From the NCBI GenBank assembly GCA_977016875.1, contig CDRNST010000096.1:124001-188000 (forward strand): 64,000 nucleotides of DNA. The letters are read 5' to 3'. Positions 50,298-61,686 of this stretch are shown one piece after another. Under the pieces are notes generated by a model. It searched no databases, was not told the origin of the DNA, and worked only from the letters and a program-made list of their open reading frames with translations. The position numbers were made by a program, and so were the translations under genes. Numbering within the stretch: position 1 is the first letter of the stretch; the number at the start of each line of letters is the position of its first letter. Source of the DNA: Pavona decussata (Eukaryota).

Positions 50298-52612
50298 AAT
50301 TTTTGGACCACGATTTAATACATATTTGGAGCATAAGACATCACGATATGAAACGTTTTACTTGGAGACAAAGAAACCCTTTTATTCAAAGAAGGCTGGA
50401 CCACTGGTTAATCAGTGATCTTTGGCAGGAAGACAAAGAAGACACTGACATTCCTTCCATTAACCCCGACTGCTCCGCCATATCTCTCCTTTTTAAGAGC
50501 GCCTTTTTTTCATGACCGAGTGAGTGATGGCACAGGGTTCAAAAATTGACTACCCTCATATTTTGCTCAGACATACTCTATGATGAGTTAATAAACGTGG
50601 TGTATTTCTTATGTTCAGCTCTACTTTTGTTTTCCAGAAAATTACCAATAGCTGTAACGGGCGCCGACCGTCACAAAATGGCGGAAATTAGTGCGTCGAG
50701 TAACAACACAAGAACTTCGCTCGTGTAAAGGGCAGAAGGAAGCACGGTTTTTTCAAATTGGTATATTTGTGTAAGAGTCATTGGCAAATGATTCAAGTCT
50801 AAAACCAGGATTGTTTACTAAACTGGGAATGCAAGGCACGAGTTTGAAAATCACCAATATTTCACTGTTTAAAAATCTCATTTTGGAGCAGTTTTTCAAT
50901 AAACATTTTTCCCATGCGGTATAACTCAGAAGCACTTGAAATTAAGGCTGTGATTAGTGGAAATAGTCTTCTTTTCAAGGATATAAAAATTAGTCTGGGG
51001 CTCTTAACTTCTGCACGAAAAAACCATGCTCTATGTCGAGAAAATCACAAACTCCACTTGTCAACAAACACAAATAATCGAATTAGTCTCTGTTATCGGA
51101 GCCAATATTCCAAGCAAATCTTAGTGCTTAGCACCTATTTGATTAGAAGGTCAACATTACAAGTTTACCTTGCTAAAACAGTGGCTGTAGATTGGTTTTC
51201 ATTCCTACTTTCTCTTCAAAATTACCATCTTCCCTCTGACAGCGAGTTTACGAAATCAACAACTATCTGAACGATACCTGGGTGGCTCTTGTACAAACAT
51301 CGGCGCTTTTCTTCGCAGTTTCAATACACCATATCTGCTATCTTTCTCTAACGTACCATTGAGCTTGTTTCATCGTAAAAAAATGACCATTGAGCGAGAT
51401 TTTTTTACTGAGCGACACTGTCGTTTTGACTTCTTCAATCCATGCATATCATTTGTATGTCACGCAATGACATATCACACTCCTTACAAGGAAGGCTTGG
51501 TTACCAATATTCCTTCAGGTGTTACACAAGTTTTGCGGATAAGGAAATAATTTTGGTTTGTTAAAAAAGACACTCTGTGATCTAAAATTCTTAAAACAAA
51601 TGGAAAAAACGCCAAAAAGAGCGAGATAGGTTAAGGAAGAAAGAACCACCGATCGACCGACAGACAAGCAGCCCGAACGATAGAAAGAAAAAAAGAAAGA
51701 AAGAAAACGAACTTGTAAGCAAACAAAGGAAGAAATGAAGGAAATAAACAAATGTAAAATTTAGAAGAAGGAAAGTAGTAATAAAATAATGGGAAGGGAA
51801 AAGCGGGAGCGCTCAACACTAAAGAAAACCAAATTTAATAAGGTGAGCCAATCCTAATGATATAATGACCATCGCGTCATTCAAAATTTTTAAACAAACA
51901 GATGATCGGGCAGCCACGTTGTCCTTCCGGATAACACATGAAATGGATATCAATTGCTCTTTTCAGAGGTTAGCTGGGGGACAGTGCTCCCAAGATAAAC
52001 GAAGACGAGCAAAAGAAAAAAAGTGCCCTTATCCTCCCGTTGCTTTCATGCGGAAAAAGCATCTCAGCACACACACAGTCTGTCGGCGTAAGTGATTTTG
52101 AGTCGGAGATCAACTTAATTTTAGCACGGGCTTCAATTTTCACTGCACATTGTGACATTTCGGGCATGACCATCTGTCCAGTTCATCCCTCCTCTTTGGG
52201 CATTGGGTGGTGGAGAGGTTCCCAACGATACCTTATCGAGCTACGCCAAAGGGAAATCGCGCAAGGCTGACCGCGGTATTAAGAAGGCGCTTTCGGAGAC
52301 TATCTAAGACGTACCAGAGGCAACAGGTACAAATTTTCCCGTAAGGCAACGTAGTTTTGCTAATTCATGTTAGGGGAAGGTCAATATGAAATTTAAAAGT
52401 TGTGTCTTATTTTCAAACTGAGCGAAAAGCCGTAAGTTGGAAAAAAATTAACATATACTTGCAACAAGAAGCTCGCATTTTTAATAACTAGCCTGTTTTT
52501 GGTGTGCGATAATTTAATTACAATGTTTATCACGAACTTAATTTTTTTTTCCGTAAATGAAACCAACATGCTTATTTTCCTGGAAACCCAACTATAAATG
52601 CAACGCTTATGC

Positions 52613-52657
<45 letters not shown>

Positions 52658-55262
52658 GGATACTTTTTATAGCCGTAGCTACTAATCTGTGAAGAACTCC
52701 GTTAAGTTCTCTCAAATAAACTGAACTCTGACAGTTACACAATTTTGTAGTCTCATTATATTCCCTCAGAAGCCCTTCAGACTAATCGCTGGTACTGAGA
52801 GTGGTCATATCCAGGGCTCATTACAGTGGTTATTGTACATCTCCAAGTTGGAGACGGGGCCGCCATAAAAATTTCAACGTGGCCATCCGAACCATTTGAG
52901 GGTCTAACCTTCTTCTCTAAATATTTCTGACCATGAGTATGGGTGCGGCCGTGGTTAGAACCCTGCGGTGCTTAATATTATTCTAGAAACTTTTTGTTTG
53001 TTTTTTTTATTTTCAGGAGCACAGTTATCCTAATAATTATCGTTGCTTTGGGTAGGAATATGCCGTGGCTGTAAATTGCAATTAATCCGGATTCATCGGC
53101 CATATGGAACTGTGTAGCTCAAGCTAAGCCTAGCTGATGTTACAAAGGGCATTGAAAATGTTGTCCTTCTAAAGGACATTTGTTTGTCTTTTAGCATGTC
53201 ACTGACACATCCGTTCATCGCAAACAGCCTTACATGAAAAAGATTCAGTCACTTTGTCTAGGCTGCATCTGCCAGCAATAAGATTCGTTTTCCGGGCTCT
53301 TATCTGCTTTTTGCTTTAAGTATGTTCTTCATTGGCCTTACAAGCTGAGTGCTAAAAGCATTGGTGGCATTTATACCACTGTTAGGCTAACCTTCAGCCG
53401 ACACTTACACCACCGGCCCGTGTTACACTACCCTCCTTGAATAGCTTTCGCTAAACGCGGGAAGTGTACATCTGAATAATGTAAAAGATGATTTTAATAA
53501 ATGGTTGATTTATTTGAGCGTAGCTTACATAAAGCGCGAACTTTCTTATCGTAAAGAAGTAATTGTAATTGCCTTTAAATGCGGTTCTCTTTTGTTGTTT
53601 TAGTCTCGTCGATAAAGTCAGGCAACCCCCCCCCCCCCCCCCCTAGTGGTACCATTCTGTCCACTGCACGTGCACGATGTACAAAGCATCTGCTTGTATA
53701 ACATTTGTACTAAAAAATCCCATCCTAAAAGATAAAAAGCTGGTAACAGATTTAGTACCATGTCAGCTAGGGGATTTTAAGCTTGAAGTCGGACGCAGAC
53801 AAACTGCCGCGGAAAAATTATAATCTGGTTGTTAATTTTGTTGGGTGTCCTGCGCGCTCGGTCTCGTTGCGTGACAAACATGATCGTCTCATTCTACAGA
53901 CGATTCCTCTTGTGTGCGTCTTCGGGCTGCAAAATTTCTTCTTCTGCGACTATAGATAATCGCATCGTCGTTCTTAATCGTACAATTGAGTTACCTTATT
54001 TGCCATAGCTGTGTGGAGACTCAAATATGGTTGAATCTGTCAGGAACTGTAATGTTTCATGCAGGAGTCATACGTATGGTTGTTGATTACTTGTGCTTTG
54101 GTAAACATGGTCGAAGGGAAGATAACAATTTTGAAGGGAGAGTGGCGATGAAAAGCAATGTACAGCCACAAGTTTTGCAAGGTAAACTTGTAATGTTGAC
54201 TTTCAAATCAAATACGGTGCTAAGCACCAAGATTTGCTTGGAATATTGGCTTCGATAACAGACTCTAATTCGATTATTTGTGTTTGTTGACAAGTGGAGT
54301 TTGTGATTTTTCTCGACCGAGAGCGTGTTTTTTCCGTGCAGAAGTTAAGAGCCCCAGACTAATTTTTATATCCTTGAAAAGAAGATTATTTCCACTAATC
54401 ACAGCCTTAATTTCAAGCGCTTCTGAGTTATACCGCATGGGAAAAACGTTTATTGAAAAACTGCTCCAAAATGAGATTTTTAAACAATGAAATATTGGTG
54501 ATTTTTAAACTCTTGCCGTGCATTCCCAGTTAGGTAAACAATCCTGGTTTTAGACTTGAATCATTTGCCAATGTCTCTAACACAAATATACCAATTTGAA
54601 AAAACCGTGCTTCCTTTTGCGCTTTACACGAGCGAAGTTCTTGTGTTGTTACTCGACGCACTAATTTCCGCCATTTTGTGACGGTCGGCGCCCGTTACAG
54701 TTTTTGAGAATTTTCTTGAAAATACAGCCAGCTTTGAACAAAAAAAATATATCACGTTTGTTGGCTTATCATAGGGTATCTCTGAGCGAAATATGAAGAT
54801 TTTGAATTTTTGAAGCATGTGCCACATTTTACTGATATCACACGGTCTTCACAGACATTCTCTCTTAATACCATAGTAAGACAAAAACATGGGCCTTCCT
54901 ATTGGAAGTTAAACTTAATCCATCAAAGTGTGCCAATCTGGGTGGATGAATTTAAAAAAGTTAACGATAAAAGGGTGTTATGGATCTAATTAAATACAGA
55001 ATAAGGCAAGACTCGATCAGGTTCCGGAAAGAAAAATGATGCGAAAGAAGGAGAGAGATTTTCGAAATTGAATCCAGGCTCAAGAGGACTGTAGTGTGTG
55101 TCCGTCTCCAGCAATTATTGAAAGACAGGAAGCCACCAAAGAAGAGCATGATCAAATATATGAACGTATATCTAATGGAGCAATAATAAGATAGAGAGCT
55201 ACAAGGTATGGAAAAGATGATAAAACCAATTAATATTTTTTGAATCTTGAAAATTACAAGAA
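50298..55262 (+). pseudogene. L1/Tx1 endonuclease fragment split by Sola3 copy 2
   Basis: FTWRQRNPFIQRRLDHWLIS..SAISLLF|NTIVRQKHGPSYWKLN reads through once 50497-54868 is removed. Confidence 0.8.
50497..54864 (+). mobile_element. Non-autonomous Sola3-type transposon, copy 2
   Basis: TTAA|GAG...CTC|TTAA with long TIRs. Collinear with 13909-18039 apart from an extra ~0.3 kb near 53125-53440. Confidence 0.85.
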
Positions 55263-56459
55263 AGCTAAAAGTGGTCTTCCAAAAGACAGCTTTTTAAAGA
55301 CAGCTTTCCACAAATATGGACAGAAATCAACTTTTGGTGGCACAAGTCAAAAAATCGATTTTGCTCATAGGTAGGCCCTAGTAAGAAACAAAACGAGCTG
55401 TAGTTAGTTTTTCCAAATATGGCTTCCTTAAGCGGAAGCTTGCGAAAAACGATTTTCAGTACAGTTGACTTCAAAACCCCCTTATGGCCGGACGGAATTT
55501 TCCTTAACTTTGGCCGGCCGCATATCAATCCAAAGCCGGTCACAGATCTTGAAATGTGACCACACGGGAAAACGTACACTAACGATTTTCCGTTAAACGG
55601 TTGAAAACGTTAGCTATCCGTTAGATATCCTTTGAAAACGTTTATAATGTTAGACAAATCGTTAGGCATTAGTTTTCAACCGTTAGAACGGATGCTGTAT
55701 CCGTTAGGTAATAATTAGCATTCGTTAGCTCAAGTTTGGCGTCCGTTAGAACGACTAGCTAAAGCGTTAGAATGATTCCATTACCGTTAAATGGATATTA
55801 AAATCCGTTAGAATGACTGGCTAAAGCGTTAGAATCATTGCATTACCGTTTAACGGCAATTATAATCCGCTTAGAAGGTCGCTTGCTGCTAAAACGGTAC
55901 TTTTCCGCCTTTCATTGGTTTTCATCGCCGCTTAACGCCATCGAAAGTTAACCACTCGCCCGAACTCGTTATATCAATAGTAATTTGGTGTTTACTTTCC
56001 AACATTATTTTACGCAGTAAATTCAAAAAACTGATGCAAGAAAATAAACAGTTCGTAAACGAACTAAACGGAATAAAAATTGGCTACAAAAGACGTAGAC
56101 AGCTTACCTCCGGTTACCTGTTTGCTGTTGGTTTCTGATGAATTGAGTGAAAACGTAAGCTTATAATTATGGGCACAAACGAAAAGCTTCCTTTGAAATA
56201 AGCCTTGAAAACTCGTGTGTACAATATTTGTTTATTATCCAAATGAGACATGCTGAATCAAAATCCTTATAATGCACAAAGTTCAGTGTCGAAATCGTGC
56301 AAGATTTCGATCGCCTAGCAGAAATAATCACGTGCTTTCAGTTATGTAAACAACAGGCCCTAAGTCCCAGTCCATTTGTCCAAGAAGGCGCATTTCCATG
56401 ACAACAAAAACATTGGGGTTGATCTTCGTCCGAAGTAGAAAATAGTTTTACGAAACACA

Positions 56460-58193
56460 ATGGCTGAACAACACGGAGAAAGAGAAAATGGTGATGAATT
56501 CGTTAATAAGCTCAAGAAATTTCTTCAAGATGGCTGCGGATGTACTCTTCGTCCAAAGGACGGTCCATGCTCTCAACAATTCTCAGAAGAAACCGCTATG
56601 TTCAATTTGAACAATTGCCTCGAACTGTCGAGTGCTGAGCTAGATTTGGTCATCTTAGCAAGTATCCAGGCATTCACTCGAAGCGAATTTATTGGTGAAG
56701 AAAGGAGGAGTCCTCGATGCACGTTTTATTTTCAATCGAAACCAACCTGCAAGGAAATGTTTTTGCATTTCTATGGTGTGAGCTATTCCCGATTTAGACG
56801 GCTGAAAGAACACTATGAGAAGCACGGTATTGCTCCACGTCAACACGGGAATACTAAACGACTGCCAGAAAACACGCTTCCCCAGTCAACAATAGAGGAT
56901 GTTCATTCATTTATTGCGAACTATGTGGAAGAAAATGCGATTTCACTTCCAGGAAGGAAACCTGGATTCAAAAGCGACGACGTCAAAGTCCTTCCGTCGA
57001 GCGAAACAAAGATTGGTGTTTGGCGTGTGTACGAGACAGCCTGCAAAGCTGCGGATAAACACCCTGTAAGCTACTCGAAATTTTTACAAATATGGGGACA
57101 GTTTTACCCTTACGTGGTGATCTCAAAGCCAATGACAGATCTTTGTATGACTTGTCAGCAGAACACGAACAAACTACAGCGTGCCGCCAATCTTTCGGAA
57201 CGTGAAAAGGTTGAGTGCATCAGGGCCCACAAGGATCACATAAACAGTGCGCTATCTGAAAGAGACTTCTACAGAACCTTTTGTGCAAACTCTCAGAAAA
57301 AATTGGAGACTGATGACGCCGTATTAAATTGTGCGAACAGAAACGCCTGTTCATGGAACGGCACGATGCACTACTCATTTGATTATGCACAGCAAGTACA
57401 TATTCCAAGCAATCCCTTACAACAGGGACCAATTTACTTTAAAACTCCCCGAAAATGCGGGATTTTCGGGGTCATGTGCGAGGCAGTTCCACAACAAGTC
57501 AACTTTTTAATTGATGAGGCCGCTTCAGCTGGAAAAGGAGCGAATGCAACAATTAGTTACGTTCATTACTATTTTGCACATCATGGACTGGGGGAAACCG
57601 ATGTGCATCTCAACGCCAACAATTGCTCGGGACAAAATAAAAACAATTATTTTGTGTGGTACTTGGCGTGGAGAATTTTGATGCACCTTCATGATACAAT
57701 CCTGTATTCGTTCCTCGTTGCTGGCCACACTAAGTTTGGCCCAGATCGCTGCTTTGGGATGATCAAGAAGAGCTATAAAGTGACATACGTGTCGTCGCTT
57801 TACGAACTGGCGCGCATGGTTAAAAACTCCAGTAGTGTCGGTGTCAACAAAGCCCAGATCATGGGGACTCATGATGGCAGAATAATCGTTCCTGTTTACG
57901 ACTGGGTGTCCTTTCTGGAAAGGTACTTCAAAAGGATCCCGAATATAAAGAAATACCACCATTTCCGATTTTCAAAGGAAAATCCAGGTGTTGTCTTCTG
58001 CAAAGAGTTCGTGAACAGCCCAGAACAGTCGTTCGTGTTGTTAAAGGATCGAGCGATCATTCCTCCTTCTTCTGTCCTTCCATCAATCGTCAGGCCTGAT
58101 GGACTTTCACAGGAGCGCAAGAATTACCCTTACCTGGAGATACGGCAATTTTGCAAACCAGGCACAGAGGACTTGGTAGCTCCTGTGCCGTGA
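56460..58193 (+). CDS. Sola (Sola2-like) DDD transposase, 577 aa, open but with D-to-N at the second catalytic position
   Basis: GCGC..C..CKEMF zinc motif, TDLCMTC, HYSFDYAQQVHIP, GPIYF..RK, ANNCSGQNKN (usually ADNC), GHTKFGPDRCFG. Confidence 0.82.
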   Translation: MAEQHGERENGDEFVNKLKKFLQDGCGCTLRPKDGPCSQQFSEETAMFNLNNCLELSSAELDLVILASIQAFTRSEFIGEERRSPRCTFYFQSKPTCKEMFLHFYGVSYSRFRRLKEHYEKHGIAPRQHGNTKRLPENTLPQSTIEDVHSFIANYVEENAISLPGRKPGFKSDDVKVLPSSETKIGVWRVYETACKAADKHPVSYSKFLQIWGQFYPYVVISKPMTDLCMTCQQNTNKLQRAANLSEREKVECIRAHKDHINSALSERDFYRTFCANSQKKLETDDAVLNCANRNACSWNGTMHYSFDYAQQVHIPSNPLQQGPIYFKTPRKCGIFGVMCEAVPQQVNFLIDEAASAGKGANATISYVHYYFAHHGLGETDVHLNANNCSGQNKNNYFVWYLAWRILMHLHDTILYSFLVAGHTKFGPDRCFGMIKKSYKVTYVSSLYELARMVKNSSSVGVNKAQIMGTHDGRIIVPVYDWVSFLERYFKRIPNIKKYHHFRFSKENPGVVFCKEFVNSPEQSFVLLKDRAIIPPSSVLPSIVRPDGLSQERKNYPYLEIRQFCKPGTEDLVAPVP

Positions 58194-58401
58194 ACTGAAC
58201 TGAACTGAACTGTCTATCAATGATGTCTGGCTAAAAATGTAGTTTTTGATACTTCGTGAGGACTTTCGTTCAAGAGAAAATTAATGTAAATACAAAAAAG
58301 TACCCAGTTCATAGTTATACCTTTTCAAATTTTCATTTGTATATTGTAATGATTCACATTAAAAATAATTGTTGCATTTCGAGTTCCTCTTTATTCAAAA
58401 C

Positions 58402-58885
58402 AAACTTCTATCGAAATAAGACTACAAGGCCGAGGTTTCTATGAGCAAATAGTCAGCAGCCAAGTTGACTGTCGCTTATAGAAAATGAGGGCGAGCAGCC
58501 TGATTGTGTACACTCTAAATAATGATTGCAGTACAGAACTTACAATTTTTGGGCGAGACCAAGTTCTATCAGATAAGCTTCGAAGAAAGACAGCAAAAGA
58601 GCGCTCGCGCCCAGCCACTTGTTTTATAATACTTTACGACAAACATTTAATTGGAATAAAACACAAACAATCCTCAAGTAAGTGGACACGTGTCACCCTA
58701 ATTCGGATGTCGGCTGCTTGACAGTTAACTCGCAATTTTCGCGCGAGACCGTGTTCTATCTGATAAGATTCAAGAAAGGATGACGACAGAGGGCGCGCGT
58801 CAAGCCACTTGTTTTGTCACACTTGTTGACAGAAATTCGATTAGAGTGAGACAAAAAGTAAGCTTGGTCACACTTTCATTGACAG
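58402..58885. repeat. Diverged ~190-bp direct repeats between the two genes
   Basis: caatttt..gcgagacc..gttctatc.gataag..agccacttgtttt at ~58543 and ~58733, with a third TTCTATCGAATAAG near 58406. Confidence 0.65.
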
Positions 58886-59029
58886 AAATTCGATTATGGT
58901 AATAATAACAAGGTAAGGTAAGGATCTGTTTCCTCAGAGGTCCATTTCGGCAATAGACACTGCTTCGCACAATGAATAATTGATCATTATCCTCTTGTTA
59001 AAACTGTGTTCACAACTCGTTAAGAAATC

Positions 59030-61350
59030 ATGTCTGTCAACAAAAAAGTTAAAGTGTTTTGGAAAACTTCTGATGAATGGCGCGATCACCCTCACTGGCC
59101 AAAGAGGAAAGACATCAGGGCTTCGGGCGATAATACCGAGACCCTAGTCCCGCCAAAACAAGGCGACCCAGTCAAAATTAAATTTGGAGCGAGATGGTAC
59201 GATGCAGAAGTTGTTGAAGCCTGGCAACCAAGAACAACAAAAAACGGTAAGTTTCTTGTTCATGTTGTAATTTCGCCCTCTCACGTATATCAATGCCAAT
59301 TTTCTATTCATGTATAAAACCTGTTAATTGACTCTTCAGCAAATTAACTTAACTACTTTTAACTCCTAGCGAAAAGATCTTCCCGCACCGATGGCCAACC
59401 AAGAGAAAAATCCAACGAGCAAACTAAGCAGTCGTTGGCGAACCAACTCAGCACAACACATCCGTATGAAGGCTTCGTGGCGGAGCAACAGGAACGAGAG
59501 GTCATCAAAGCGAGCAGCCAAGAGGATGAAACCTAGCGAAACCGAGAGCAACACTGGTTCATCTCATACAGAAAAGGACGAGCGGGAGGTCGAGACCATC
59601 AGACAGCAGTTGAATGCCAGAACTGAAGAGTGTGCAGCATTAAAAGATCAGCTGCGGGACCTGCAGCGAGCCAATGCTGATGTCCTTAAATGGCAGCAAA
59701 GTGTACAAGAAAACCTGTGTAAGGTAAGAAGAATGATGAGTATGATTTGCATTTTCAGTTGCTATGATTAGGATTATGGTCCCTTAGTAACGTATAGCAT
59801 ACTAGTAGTATCGGGTGAAGTACAACAGTTTCTCTAGAAACTAATCTACCTTTTTGTCATCTAAAGTTTCTTTAACTAGCAAACTACGTATGTTATATTT
59901 TATTTAGAACTTACACATAGAAGTTTTTTAGCTATGGACGCCAAATGTAATTAAGTTCTATAACCCTTACCTTTTAACTTGATGCTATGAGCTTTAACGT
60001 AATTATCTGACACAGTGTAGGAAATGGTAGTCCATATAAGCAGTATGATATGTTTTCCGGCGTATCTTATCGAAAAAAATCGAAAACGTCAAATTCAATT
60101 TTGTTCCGTAATCGAAAGTTTGATTAAATTGATTGATTGGGTTTTTTTGCTGGAAAGATCAATTGGCTATGTCGGTTTCTTTGTATGTTAAAAAAGCAAA
60201 ACAAACAAAAGCGTGCCAATACAAGATACAAGCTGGTTCCGGGAACGTTGAAAACATGCGCTTCGCTTGTATAGGCTTCCTGTTGGTACAAGCGAAAAAT
60301 TTGGGCATTGCACTAAGTTTATAATGATTTTTTTTTTTTTGATTTTATTTCATTTTCATATAGATGATGGAGTGTGTAGAAGATTCAGTCGCGGCTATGG
60401 AGGACAACTTCGCAAAGGCATTGAAAAGAATCGAGCGGCGATTGGAGTCTCTGGAGACTCTAGCATCTACTAACCATGGTTTGGTAAGTTAAAGTCACGA
60501 ACCCCTGTGTCGAAAATCAATGTTGTTCACATGTCACTTCAATACGTGTGATTTGTTTATCCAAGATTGCATGCAACAATGACTTTAACTGTGCTATTTA
60601 CGTTATTTACATTGGTATGGAGGAGCAAAATATCTATGTATTGTTTTTACTCATCTTAATTCAAGCCAAATAGCATCGATCAGACAACGTCAGTTTTACT
60701 TTTAATTGTGATGTTACTCGCTTTTCGTACTAAAGTCTCGTAAAAGTCTAATGTCTAAAATGTGGCTGTTGATTGATCGTTGTTTGTTATTATTATTGCA
60801 GCTCAGTACAAGTACTATCCAACACGAAAAAACGGCTGACTTACAGCAGACATTGCCTTCAGACCTCCAGACGATCGACGAAGACGACCTCATGGTGTTA
60901 TCCTGCATCATGGAAGACGTCAATTCTGAAGACAGTTGTCCCGCCATGTTAGCTCCACCTGCAGCGCCCTGTGCACCAGCCGCTTCCAAAACACCAACAG
61001 TCATGCCAAGCTCAGCGTCGATCAGCGAGGAGGTCGTCCAGACTTGCGCCACGCCGAGGAAAGTGCAGGGGGTGCAGTCCGTTTTGCAGTCGGAACAAGT
61101 TCCGCACCGAGTCGCTGTAAAGCTGCTTCCTTACTTCTTCACGAAACAGGAGCTGAGTAGCAGCAACACGGAAGGAACACACAAGAAGCAGCGCCTAGAT
61201 ACTACAAAATTGAACTCGTTTAAGGTTTTAGTGTTTACGAAATTTCCAATAGACTCTCTGGAAGAGAAGGAGAAATGTTGGAAATTCATCAAGGGAAAAA
61301 TAAACGATAGGTGTCGGGCCACCAAGTTCGTATTGGGAAGGGAGGGTTAG
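59030..61350 (+). CDS. Four-exon accessory gene (Tudor-like N-terminus, coiled coil, C-terminal BEN domain) with one frameshift
   Basis: Exons 59030-59246, 59370-59723, 60364-60483 and 60802-61350 with GT-AG introns in compatible phase apart from one extra base near 59530. C-terminus AVKLLPYFFTKQELSSSNTEG..RLDTTKL..W..IKGKINDRCR. Confidence 0.72.
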
Positions 61351-61627
61351 AAAAATTATTGTAATCGTTAACTTTTCCTTGAAAGTTGCACTTTAAATTT
61401 GTAATTTGTAAATTAGTTTTTTATAGTGTGTGAATTAAAGATCATTGCGTTGCATAATTTATTTGCTTTTATTGAGGTTGAATTCCATTTGTGCATGAAA
61501 CTATTTAAATTTATCTTAAACCTTCAGTCACAACGACTTCATGTACACCACTACAAATTATGTGAAGGCTATGTAATGCACAGTTCGATAACCATGCACA
61601 TGCCAGTTCAAACTTTTTCAGACTTTG

Positions 61628-61686
61628 CAGACGGATTTCCGGCTTTTGCTTCACAGCGGCGTGAAACAAAGCCGGAAATCCGTCTG
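61628..61686. repeat. Palindromic mini-MITE/hairpin
   Basis: 19-bp perfect arms cagacggatttccggcttt / aaagccggaaatccgtctg. Confidence 0.75.

Noticed and set aside
56100-58520. Separate nested Sola2 element with its own GRG..CYC ends
   Set aside because: Only a 5-bp GAGTG/CACTC match without a TSD was found by eye; not convincing.
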